From the human T2T-CHM13v2.0 reference genome, Homo sapiens, in the NCBI RefSeq assembly GCF_009914755.1, contig NC_060941.1: DNA of 64,000 bases. The stretch is one strand, 5' to 3'. The position numbers and the translations under genes were made by a program. How positions within the stretch are numbered: position 1 is the stretch's first letter; every line of letters begins with the position of its first letter. Shown here piece after piece: positions 1 to 16,195 of this stretch. Under the pieces are notes generated by a model. That model worked only from the letters and a program-made list of their open reading frames with translations, had not been told where the DNA came from and did no database searches.

Positions 1-710
1 GATAAACACAAAGAAGTCCAGGCCACAACACATCATATCCAAATTGCTGAACACTAAAGACAAAGAAAAAAATAATTGAACACAACCAAAGAAAAACAAC
101 ACATTGCTTTATAGGGGAACAAAAATTTCAAAGACTGGATTTCTCATCAAAAATCAGAGGCCAGAAGGAAGTATAGCACCAGTTTTAAAGTGCTGAAAGA
201 AAAGAGCTATCAACACAAAATTCTATAACCAGCAAAACTATCCTTCAGCACCGAGGTGAAATAAAGATACTCTAGACGAAGAAGTACTAAGAAAATATGT
301 TGTCAACAGATCTACTCTAAGAGAACAGCTAAAGGAAGTTCTTCAGACAGAAGAAAAACGATACCAGTAGGAAACCTGAAACGAAGGATGAACAGCAGAA
401 ATGGTAAACATTTGGATAAATATTCTCCAGCTGACTTCTCTGTTTGGTGGATGAAAACCAAACTCATACTGTCTGATCTTCAATGCACGTAAGTATAATA
501 CATAAGACAATTATATACCATAGAGCAGGGTAGGCAAATGGGCCTATAGGGTGTAAGGTTGATACACTCCATGTGAAAAGATTAGATACTGATTCTAAGT
601 AGACTGTAAATTTTTAAGTATGTATATTGTCATCCCTAGTTACCACTAAAACAATCTATACAAAAAGCTACAGTAAATAACAAAATAGAAAAATAAAAAA
701 GCGGTACTAA
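1..710 (+). mobile_element. Old L1M fragment (ORF1 3' part and inter-ORF region)
   Basis: A-rich; degenerate ORF1 C-terminal coding motif (attctataaccagcaaaactatccttc...ggtgaaataaagat, ILYPAKLSF..GEIK-like). Confidence 0.8.
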
Positions 711-714
711 GAAG

Positions 715-985
715 TTCATATATATGATACAATTTATATGACATTATCCCAAAGACAAAAGTTTAGTGACAGAGGACAGGTCAGTCAGTGGTTGTCAGGA
801 GTTAGGAATGGGTGAGAGTATGGTCGGTTTACAAAAGAAACACAAGGAAGTTTCTGGAGCAATGGAATGGTTCTGGGTCCCATTTGTGTAGTGGCTAAAC
901 AAACCTACACATGTGTAAAAATTCACAGAACAACAAACACAGTCAATTTTGTTTTGTGTTAATTTAAGAATTAAAATTTAAAAAT
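715..985 (+). mobile_element. L1ME-type 3' end fragment
   Basis: tatgatacaatttatatgaca...cagtggttgtcagg motif typical of L1M 3' UTR; A-rich end. Confidence 0.65.
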
Positions 986-1320
986 ATACAAGAGAGATAC
1001 AGGTAAAGGTAGAATCTAAGAGAACACAGTATGTAAAGAACAAGAGGAGGAAAAACAATAGAAGCAAAGCAAGTGGCAAAAACAAAAACAAAAACAAAAC
1101 AAAGAAAAAACCCACACTGTTGTCACAGAGGGCAGCGCCGCAAGGAAGGGAGTGTGGAATTTGCCATGTCTACTGGATGGGCTACTGGGCAGTCAGTGTC
1201 AACCATGCTAAGCGCGGCTTTGGATGTGGGAGGGATGGGGAGAGAGAGCAAAGTGTCTGAATTGCAGGAATGTATACATGTCAAAGTGTGGGAATGGGAA
1301 AACAGCCAAGTCTGGACTAG

Positions 1321-1645
<325 letters not shown>

Positions 1646-1766
1646 GAAAAGCTCATATTATTTAAAACCATAACAACAACTGCCAATATTTAGTAAAAAT
1701 TGCCAGATGCTAAGCCATTGTTTCTCAATCTAGAGGCACAAACAGTTATAAAGTTTAAAAAAGTTT

Positions 1767-2094
<328 letters not shown>

Positions 2095-2227
2095 TCAGTA
2101 TTGATGTTACTGTATTTATTTAATTAAATATAAATGTAAGTATATATTCATTATGTTTATAGCTCTTTATAGTGCTAAAACAAATATTCATATAAAAATG
2201 AAAACTACAAAACCCAAATTCTATTTA

Positions 2228-2582
<355 letters not shown>

Positions 2583-3382
2583 TGCACAAATATGGTACAG
2601 GCTAAGGTATAGGTCCTTTGGGTTTGTCCTGCTGTTCTTTATGTCAACTGTGAAGGCATCCTTTATACGGTGCCTAGTGACAGGCTTTGGCCTTCTCTTG
2701 GAAGCAAATACTTCATTACATATTAAGTATACCTTCTTTTCTCAACAGCCAAAAATGACTAAGATCCAAGACAATTATACCCAGAAGTTCAAATGTGGGC
2801 TGGAATTGTATAGCCAGACACAATTAGTCCTCCCAGATGACCCAGAATATTCTTTTAATTTTAAAATATTATCATCAGCATAAAAACAAAACATGTAGAA
2901 CAGCTCTAATTTGAGGACACAGTGCAAAAAGCCTTACATTACTTAGGCGTTAAACAACCCTACAATAGCTGCAATAAATAAAGACCTCATCAGTTTTCCT
3001 AGCCCCTCAATGAAAAGTTTACTTTAAAAAAATGTAAGCCACATCAAAACCTTTGCTTACTAAGGTAACAACAATAAGAAAAGAAAGAAAAGAAAAGTAA
3101 CATTTTCCATTATTTTAGAAGACTGGAATCCTGATGATAATGTGCTCAGCTCTGAATGAAATAATTTACAGATTATCAACATGTGTTTCTTAGCAACCTG
3201 TGTGCATAAAAAGGTACAATATATTGTATGATTCCAATTATATGACATTCTGGAAAGGCAAAACTATAGAAAGGGTAAAATAATCAGTGGTTGCCAGGAG
3301 TTTGGGAGAAAGGGGGGAGTGATAAATAGGAGGAAGCATAGGAATTTGGGGGGGCGGGGTGGCAGTAAAAATACTCTATATG

Positions 3383-3757
<375 letters not shown>

Positions 3758-4096
3758 TCAAAATCCGAACTGTACAGCACAAGGAGTGAACCTTAATGAA
3801 TGTACATTAAAAAAACAATCATTTAGAAGACTGGAGATTCCAGCAATAAATGCAGACTATGATAAGGGCATCAAACTGCATTACAAATGTATGCAACAAC
3901 ATCACTGAAAGAGGTAGGAAGAGAAGGTGCTGACCTAAGTAGCTTTGGAAATGAGTGGCATCTATAAGACTAAAAGCGAAGGGACTTGCACATAAGCCCT
4001 GAATTCTAGTTGGTAAAGTTGTTTCCCACAGGGGTACAGGTTAACAATTCTGACACCGCTATACATGTACATTGGCACTAAACAATTAAGGACATG

Positions 4097-4460
<364 letters not shown>

Positions 4461-4674
4461 CTACAGATAAGCAAGAGGATGAGGCTACAACAATCCATGT
4501 GGTGATGGATTTGAGAACAAACCCACATTGTATGTCAGAGGAGTACAGAAGCCAACTGGAAGAGTTCTCGATAACCAAAGGTGGAAGATTCTGAACAACA
4601 AAATTGTTTTGAATTATAACCCAAAGTATAAAATAAATATCCATGAGTCCATATTGATAAAAATACATGATTGA

Positions 4675-5102
<428 letters not shown>

Positions 5103-5709
5103 TTAGGTGTAGGCTGCATGTAGTGACTCCTTTCAAAGAACAGTGTGGAAATGGGGAAGGAGTAACTTCGAGGTGGAGAAGCCTAACGAACACCACCTTA
5201 GCCAGGTGATCGAGGTCAACATTAGTTACAAATCACATTCACAGTATGTGACATATCTTGATATGATATGATGAAAATACACTTTATCTGTGATCTTCCA
5301 CCCAACAACTCATAACCCCAGTGTTATCATAAGAAAAACATCAGGCAAATTCTAGCTGTGTAGTATCCTACGAAATACCTGAGCATTACCCCCACAAAAC
5401 TGTCAACATCAAAAACAAGGGAAGTCTGAGACACCGCCACAGCTCAGAGGAAACTAAGGAGATGGAGCAACTAAATATAATGCCGTATCCTAGAACAGGA
5501 AAAGGACATTGGGTCAAAATTAAGAAAATATTAATAAACTTACTTTAATGATAATATATCAATATCGGCCCATTAATTGCACAAATATATCATGCTAATG
5601 TAAGACATTAACTATAGGGGAAAATGGATGTGGAGTATACAGGAACCCTCTGTACTATCTATTCAATTTCTCTGTAAATCTAAAACTGTTCTAAAAAATA
5701 AAGTCATAC

Positions 5710-6160
<451 letters not shown>

Positions 6161-6269
6161 TATATATATCCACATGAACCTCAGGTTCCAAAAAATCTCA
6201 GCAGGCCCATTTCTTCCATTCTCACAGCATCCCTATTTACATGGAAGAGTGAGAACATACTAAGGGATC

Positions 6270-6455
6270 ATAACAATTCCCGAGTGGCTCCTATGAGCAA
6301 GGTACTGTTTCCATTCATCCTTAGGCTGGCATGTGAGGCAAGTGTTACTAAAGGTGAAGCTCAACAAGGTTAAGTGGTTTGCGCAAAGTGACAGAGCTGA
6401 GGAGTGGCAAAGCTGGGTCTGTAGTGCAACCTGTCTGATTCTGGCAGCTTTCTCA
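6270..6455 (-). mobile_element. MIR fragment
   Basis: aaggttaagtggtttgcgcaaagtgacagagct resembles the MIR core in reverse. Confidence 0.55.
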
Positions 6456-6552
6456 CAACATTCAGAAAGAAATGTCGAAGAAAGAAAAAGTGGGCGTCAG
6501 CTCAAACATCCCAAGCCTGCCCTGTTTGTCCTGTTTTGTTTTGCTTTGTTCA

Positions 6553-6945
<393 letters not shown>

Positions 6946-7050
6946 TTACTAAAATGAACATGGTAGCTTATTAGGCCAAATTTATGATCCAGTTGAGTGT
7001 GCCTGTATGTTATATATACATTTTATAATAACTTGGGGGCTTCTGCATAG

Positions 7051-7716
<666 letters not shown>

Positions 7717-8369
7717 TAAAGTAAAACTATGTTATTTCAATTGTTATAAAAATGTACAGTGGTTACTTTTGCTCTGTTGTATCTTGTTGGTTACAATCAT
7801 GGATTATCTAACTTCAAGTCTTGGATCAGAATACAACCTCCAACTGTGAGCCAAGGTCATTTGCTAACGTTTCCCCCCTCACAATTATAGAAAATGCTGT
7901 ACAGTTTTTATATCTCTATTTTCTCATTCCAGCTTCTAGAGAATCTCTCATGAAATATCTAGACCCGAACTAGTAGAACTCTGCTCTCTTTGAAAAATAG
8001 CCTACATTTCAAATCCAGATCTTAGGATATGTCAGCCTGAGAAACTTCCTTTCCTTCTGGACTCAGAAATGCTAACAGGATCACAGCCTTACATTGCCAT
8101 ATCTGCCCCTGCTATTGAATATTTAGAGCAAATTCTAATTTCAAATTCTTATAATTAGAACAAAGTATTTAAATCTAAAAATAATTAGAGATTGAGAAAG
8201 TCTAGAATGTTATTTCTGGGTTCTTCCTCTTGTATCTCAACAAAACAGACTAGCTTTTTATGAAATTCATAAACTTATGTTATTTCTAAGTTAGGTCTTA
8301 TACTCTGTTTTCAGTCGATTTCATATAAATGAATAGTTTTAAAAGTAGTTATGATGATGGTAATACAAT

Positions 8370-8575
8370 TTTGAAGCACTCTAACCATTTTACAAATTGT
8401 TTATTGTCTCATCTGATCCTCCTGTCAATCCGGAAAAATATACAGGGAGCTGTTAGAATATTTTATAGATGTCAAAACAGGCCCACATGGATTACGTAAC
8501 TTGTCCAAGTTACCTCACTAATAAGTGCTAGGGCAGGAGAAGACGGGTCTCTGGATTTCAGTCTGAATGCTTTAC
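8370..8575 (-). mobile_element. MIR
   Basis: ttttatagatg...gtaacttgtccaagttac MIR core in reverse. Confidence 0.6.
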
Positions 8576-9040
8576 TCAGAAGCTCATGCCTCTCCTGTCT
8601 CAAATTTCAGGTCTAACTCCAGACTAAATATAGTCTGCATTCTTCTCATTCCATAGGAACATCACCTTGGTTTCTCCATATTTCTCTTTCTTATAGGAGA
8701 TCTCTGACGAAGCCCAGATAGTTGGGTAAGACTGAGATGCTGACAGATTGAGTTCCATGACATCTGTCAGTTAGAAAGCCAAAGTTAACCATGTACTCTT
8801 GTTTTAAAAAAACAAGTAACTTGAAGAGGTTTTCTCTACTTTACAAGAGAGCATTCCTCCTTTGTGGAAAAGTTATCTACCATTTTCCACCTAGTCTTCA
8901 CACTTCAGACATATTTTTTTAGGTGCGTTTCACCCTTCTAAAGGGGGGATGTGAAGGGAAGAGCTCTGTACCACCAATTTCCAGAGGCAGGGATTTACAG
9001 GCAGGTCTCTTAGAGCCACAGTTGGCCCATGTATCTTTGA

Positions 9041-9404
<364 letters not shown>

Positions 9405-9640
9405 TTTTTAATATATTTTTAAATCATTTACTAATATATCTCATTTTATTCCAACACTGCTGCTTGCATTTCTTTCCAAGCATAGAGAAGAAATCCAAAT
9501 ACAAAGTACTACACATAATACAGTGCAACAAAAATGAGGTAGGGGCGTCCCACTCATTAAACAATTGCTGACTTGAAAATGTCCCAATTTTATAAAATGT
9601 ATCAAGAGACCGACACTTTGCATTGTATTTTATTCCTCTA

Positions 9641-9990
9641 TGTCAGTTAACAATTAATTACCTCTCAGCTCCAAATTCACCCTTCAATACCTACTCTGCA
9701 CTAACTGGCTGAACTCTTAAGAATTCCTCCTTTGCAGTGAGCATGATGCTAAACTTAACTTTCGCAGCAGAGGGCGATAGAGGGAAAATGCAAGAGGAAA
9801 GGGTTGCTCCAGAATCCTGGGTGCTTGTGTGTTTTTCTTCTTCCTGCTAATGCGAGGCTGTATCAGTGACTATGGATACGGAGAATATCCAAGGGTGCTC
9901 CATCCCAACTGTGAGCTCATAGCAGACAACGAGCAGAGCTTCACGAATTCATAGCTTCGGTCTGGTGACTGCCTCGCCACAGCCCTCCTG
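9641..9990. mobile_element. LTR41-like ERVL LTR fragment
   Basis: tg start, cctctcagctccaaattcaccctt and cagcagagggcg segments recalled from LTR41. Confidence 0.55.
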
Positions 9991-10019
9991 ACATGAACAT
10001 CACAAACCCATCATATAGA

Positions 10020-10560
10020 GGACTGACATCCAAAAGAGACAAAGGGCATTGTAGGGATAAGGGGATTTGGTGGTACAGGGACACTCCATAAGAGTCTGTC
10101 CAGACTGGACCAAGGAGATAAAGGAATCAGGGGAGGGAGGAGTCTCCAATCAAAAGACGAAACTGACAGGCTACCTACAAACACCATATCAATCTAGAGA
10201 GGAATTTCACAATTCTATCACAGGTATGGGGGACTGGTGGTGAAAGTATCGATAAAGACAACTATGCAAAGTTTTAAACAGAAGCAATTACTTTAGAGAA
10301 AAGGGCATAAAGAAATAAAATCTAATTGCAGTACACACCATGGCTCAGTTGTGAATGACATTTACATAATCATAGAACAATAAACACTGATTCAACACTG
10401 AAAACACTGACATGTGTGTGCGATGGCGTAAGTAGGAAATGTGTGTGTGTGTAGACTTACTTCAAGTTAGATTAACATCTTCCTTAGGAGGAAGTCAACA
10501 GATGTCGAAGACTGAAAACATTTAAGAAATAGCAGCATATTATTTAGAAATAGACATTCA
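10020..10560 (+). mobile_element. L1MC4/5-like 3' fragments
   Basis: Degenerate A-rich L1M 3' UTR; appears to resume at about 13860-14035 after Tigger2. Confidence 0.45.
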
Positions 10561-10571
10561 ACTACATTTGA

Positions 10572-10930
<359 letters not shown>

Positions 10931-11450
10931 CACATACAACTCTTTTGACTCCCCCAAAACTTAACTAACCGTCTACTGTTAACTGAAAGCCTTACTGATA
11001 ACATAAACAGTCAATTAACACATATTTTGTATATGTTATATGTATTATACATTATATTCTTACAATAAAGTAAGCTAGAGAAAAGGAAATATTCAGAAAA
11101 TCATAAGGAAGAGAAAATATATTGCCAATTTATTAAGTGGATCATAATAAAAGTCTTCATCCTCGTTATCTTCACATTGAGTAGGCTGAGGAGGAGGAAG
11201 AAAAGGGGTTGGTCTCGCTGTCTCAGGTGGCAGAGGTGGAGGAAGTGAAGAAGGTAGAAGGGGAGGCAGGAAAGGGAGGCACACTTGGTGTAATTTTATG
11301 GAAATACACTGTAATTTGCCTGACTTCTTTGCTTTCTCATTTCTCTAAAAATGTTTCTATATGATACCAATCCTTCTTCCACTGTTTGCTTTAGTTTCAG
11401 TGCACATTATCACAGAAGGGTCCATGTCATAAAAGAAGTCAAAAGTAGTC

Positions 11451-11738
11451 TTTTTTTTTTGGATGGAGTCTCGCTCTGTCACCACGCTGGAGTGCAGTGG
11501 CGTGATCTCAGCTCACTGCAACCTCTGACTCCCAGGTTCAAGTGATTCTCCTGCCTCAGCCTCCCGAGTGGCTGGGATTACAGGCACACACCACCACACC
11601 CAGCTAATTTTTGTATTTTCAGCAGAGATGGGGTTTCACCATGTTGGCCAGGATGGTTTCGATCTCCTGACCTCGTGATCTGCCTGCCTTGGCCTCCCAA
11701 AGTGCTGGGATTACAGGCGTGAGCCACTGCGCCTGGCC
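11451..11738 (-). mobile_element. Alu (AluSc-like) within Tigger2
   Basis: Alu consensus; TSD gtcaaaag. Confidence 0.95.
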
Positions 11739-11759
11739 TGTCAAAAGCCATCTTGAATC

Positions 11760-13260
11760 CCTGGAACCCTTCTGCCAGATCGTTTAGCCAGTTTGTTTTC
11801 TGGCACTGCTGCTTTTATGTCTTCTTCCTCGTTGTCTGGCACTGGTTTGGAAGCAGACATCTCCATCAGGTCAACTTATGTTAATTCCTCTGGTGTGGTG
11901 TCTGTTAGCTCTTGATTTTCTCCAAGATCCCTATCTTGAAACCCTTCAACCTCCACCCACATCCCCAATCTTTTTTTTTGGCCTCTCCACAGTCTCTCTC
12001 ATGATTTTTTTGTTTGGCTCTGTTGTAAATCTTGTGAAGTCATGTACAACATCTGGACACAGTTTTCTCCAGCAGGAAATTATTGTTTTGGGCTTGATGG
12101 CTTCCATAGCTTTTTCTGTCATAACAATAGCATCTTCAGTGGTGTCATTATTCTAGACTTTCAAGATGTTCTATCGGGGTTCTCTTCCATAGCATTGGCA
12201 ATCCTTTCTGTAGAGTACCACGTGTAATGAGACTTAAAGGTCCTTGTGACCCCCTGATCTAGAGTCTGAATTAGAGACCTTGGGTTTGGAAGCAAGTAGA
12301 ACACATTGATGCCTTCAGTGTTGAACCTTTGGGGTTCTGAATGGCCATGGGCATTGTCCAGTATCAAAAGAACTTTAAAAGGCAGTCCCCTACTGGTAAG
12401 GTACTCCCTGACTTCAGGGACAAAGCATCAATGAAATCGATCTGGAAAAGGGGCTCTTGTTTTCTAGGCCTTCTTGTACAACGAAAAGATGAGCAACTTT
12501 TTGCTTCAAGGCTTGGAGGTTAGCAGCTTTAGATATAAGGGCAGTCCTGATCATAAGCCCAAATGCATTTGCACAAAACTGTAGAGTTAGCTTAACCCTT
12601 CCTGCCTTAAATTCTGATGCTTGATTCTTTTCCTTACTAGTAAATGTCATGTTTGGCTTTTCCCCCCAGCAGAATTGGTCACTCACTTGCAATGAAAATC
12701 TGTCAGGCAGATATACTTTCTCCTTGATAATTTTCTTAATGACATCTTGGAACTTGTCTGCTGCCTCTTGGTTGATGGAAGTTGCTTCACCTACTATCTT
12801 GACATGATTCAAACAAAACCTCTTTCTGAAATTATCAAACCATCCGTTACTGGCATTAAATTCTCCAGCTTTAGATCAGATCCTTCACTTTCCTTTTGCT
12901 TTAAGTTGTCATAGAATGACACTGCTTTTTCTCAGATCACATTAGCGTGTATAGATACGCCTTTCTTATAGCAATCCTGCACTACAGAATAGCTGCATTT
13001 TCAATATGAGATTAAAAGGTATAAGTGCAAGGATTTTGCACCTGCTGGCATAGCTGCAGTGACGGCTTCATGTATTTCCTTTTCTTATAATTATCCTTAT
13101 GATGGATTTATTTATCTTGAAATTGTGGGCAATTGTAGCTGCAGACCTTAGTCTGCAGTACATGGCAAGCAATTCAACTTTTCCTTGTAATGTCATAACT
13201 TTACTTCTTGGGAGCATTTCCAGGGTGAATCACTAGTATCACATTGTATGGGTCCCATGG
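11760..13260 (-). pseudogene. Decayed Tigger2 transposase (CENP-B/pogo-type HTH + DDE), frameshifted
   Basis: ORF 12414-12812 (VKIVGEATSINQEAADKF...KAGRVKLTL) and ORF 12161-12367 (ILDNAHGH...LLPNPRSLIQTLDQGV..TFKSHY) match pogo/Tigger DDE motifs. Confidence 0.85.
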
Positions 13261-14195
13261 TGTTGTTCAGTGTTTATATTATTGCACTAAACACAAAAAA
13301 TAAGAGAGAAGTTCAAGGGGCCACTTTTTTTGTACTGTGGTATACAATTTACTGGAGCGATAACTGCTCAGGCAGAGATGATTAACATCATAGAGCAGCA
13401 TTTTAAGTGGATACTCACAGCATCTGAGCTCGCCTCAATAGCAACAGGAGGTGACTATGAAATTACTACATTATCACAGTATGCTCTACAGTTCATTTTG
13501 TGCAGCATGATTTAATACTGCATCTTTCCATTTGTTTACATTTCTGTCCACTGTGAAGGATGCCATACATGATCTGTGTTTGTGTGCATCTGTTTTGATA
13601 AATTTTAACTTTGCAAGTAGAACTGTGTATATTTTATAGTAGCAAATGATAAAATAGATGAGCATCTGCATATATTTTTAGCATTTTTACGTAGCTAACT
13701 TTTTCTTAAAAATTTTCAGTGTTTCTAGACTATACAATTCATCTGAGAGTTTTTTCAAATTGTCACAAATCTCCAAAAAATTTTTCCAATATGTTTATTG
13801 AAAAAGATCCATGTATAAGTGGAGCTGCATAGCTCCCGGGTCAAGTGTATATTGGACTATAGACACTTTACCATAAACCACTAAAAGAATCATAAGCACT
13901 GGTTCTGAGGGGTAAGACTTGGAGGCAAGGAGGGCTGATGAAGAGAGCTGCTTCTCCTAAGCTGCCTAATTCTGATTGTTCATACTATTCAGAGGTATTA
14001 TTCTGATAAAAGTGAAAATTAAATTTTAAAAAATTAAGTCCAAAGAAGAATGTTAACTGAATAATAAACAGGTCAATATGAAAGAAATCACGAAGGCCTC
14101 AGAAGCACTGCTTCGGCAATGAAGAAGCACTGGAAAGTTTTTGCAAGCAAATGCCATGATCAGAACTATATTTTTAATATATGTGACTTTTAAAA

Positions 14196-14314
14196 TAGAG
14201 ACGGGGTCTTGCTATGTTGCCCAAGCTGGTGTCGAACTCCTAATCTCAAGTGATCCCCCCTGCCTTGGCCTCCCAAAGTGCTGGGATTAAAGGCATGAGC
14301 CACCCCACCTGGCC
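14196..14314 (-). mobile_element. Alu left monomer / FLAM_C
   Basis: Single Alu arm only. Confidence 0.85.
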
Positions 14315-14430
14315 CCAGCACCGTATTTTACAAAGAATAGGAGGGAGATAGAAAAAACAAACCATAGACAAAAAGAAGGAGAGCTTGAATTAAAAACAAC
14401 AACAAAAACCACAACCAAACAATAGAAATG

Positions 14431-15200
14431 TGTTGACAAAAGGAGTCAAACTCTGTAAAATATTTGAAGGGATTTATTCTGAGCCAAATATGAGTGACCA
14501 TGGCCGTGTCACAGCCCTCAGGAGATCCTGGGAACATGTGCCCAAGGTGGTTGGGGTGCAGCTTGGTTTTATACATTTTAGAGAGGCATAAAACATCAAT
14601 CAAACACATTTAAGAAATACATTGGTTTGGTCCAGAAAGGCGGGACAACTCAAAGCAGGGGGTGGGGTTGGAGGGGGCGGGGCAGCTTCCAGGCTATGGG
14701 TGAATTTAAACTTTTTCTGGTTGACAATTGGTTGAGTTTGTCTAAAGACCTGGGATTGATAGACAGCAAATATTCAGGTTAAGATAAAGACTGTGGAGAC
14801 CAAAGTTCTTCTGAAGTCTTACAGTAGCTGCCCTTAGAGACAAGAGATGACAAATGTTTCCTATTCAGATCTTAGTTAATCTCTTTAGGATTGGGAGGGT
14901 CTGGAAAAAGAAGGTCTAGCTATGTTAATGGAGATTTTTACAGATGCAAATGTTCCCCCCACAAGGAACAGCTTTGCAGGGCCATTTCAAAATATGGCAA
15001 AGAAACATGTTTTGGGGTAAAATATTTTGATTTTCTTCCTTGTCTTGTAATGTTACGCCAGAGGCAGGTTGGAAAGTTAAGTCACGATATATATAAAAAT
15101 AAAACCCGTCTGATGAGAATTTATGATTTATGGGGCATGACTCCCCAGACCCCTTATATAGGAATTTGGGCAAGATAAAAAAATCAGAGTTTAGTTCTCA
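14431..15200 (-). mobile_element. MER4-family (ERV1) solo LTR, 770 bp
   Basis: tg...ca termini, perfect 4-bp TSD aatg (14427-30 and 15201-04); minus strand begins tgagaactaaactctgatttt like MER4. Confidence 0.85.
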
Positions 15201-16009
15201 AATGTCTGGCGAACACCATACTGAATGGAGGAAACAGCGCTTTGGACTCCATTTGTGGCGGGAAGATCAGAAGGGTGTAAGCGTTGGTCACTATAAGGAT
15301 GTCTCAATCTTTATCCATCTAGTAATTCTCCAACTATAAATTAGTTATCCCCAGGAAAGGGATAGCCAGTGAGGGAGTCATGAACATCATAGTCTTTCTT
15401 GTAGAATACCATCTCATATATGGATAAAAACCACCCTGGGTTATGAATCAGTCTTTCAAGAGCTTTCACCTAGTGTGGATTTTTAGCCATGTCTCAATCA
15501 GACCACCCTTGAGTAAACTGACCATCAAAGTTCTGGACCTAAGAGCTGAGAAGCCAAACCTTGGAAGTAATGATGCTTGGATAAAAACCACAAAGCCATG
15601 CTTACTCATACATCCTTTCACTCACCAGGGCTCTGGCCTACGTGTTTAGTAACATAGACTAAGGAATGACAGGTTAACTTTTTTCTTTATAACACAGCTA
15701 CAAAAAGATGGAACAGAGAAAATGGGGTAGACAATGTATCTGGATTTCAGGAAGACATGTAACAAAAACGGAAGCCATTACACCTGTGATTAATGAATCA
15801 GAAACATCCTCTTCCAGAAAAGTCTACGTGAGGGTCCTAAGTCTACGTGAGGGTCCTATGCAGGTCCAGGAGAACTGGGGATTCTGAGAAATTAGGACAG
15901 ACGTGCACTAGGAACAGAAGAAAGAATCGTACCTACTGGAATGCACTCAGGCCAAGCCACAAACTGGAAATCAGAGTTAAGCCCAGGTTCTCCCTACCCC
16001 CCCTACTGC

Positions 16010-16195
16010 TCAGAACCTCTCTATTCCAAGTATGGTACTCAGCCAGCAGCAGCCACTGCCCAACCCCCTGCCCCCGCCCCCACCAGAGCTGGTTAGACAT
16101 GCAGAATCTCAGGCTCCACACCTCAAATCTAACAAATCAAATCTTCATTTTAACAAGATATCACCTATGCCCATTAAGTTTGGGAAGCACCAACT
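16010..16195. mobile_element. MER5-like hAT-Charlie relic
   Basis: gttagacatgcagaatctcaggctccacacc...tcttcattttaacaagat...aagtttgggaagcac. Confidence 0.65.

Noticed and set aside
2730-2883. Plus-strand acceptor followed by an open frame (PKMTKIQDNYTQ...)
   Set aside because: No clear donor and no recognisable protein similarity
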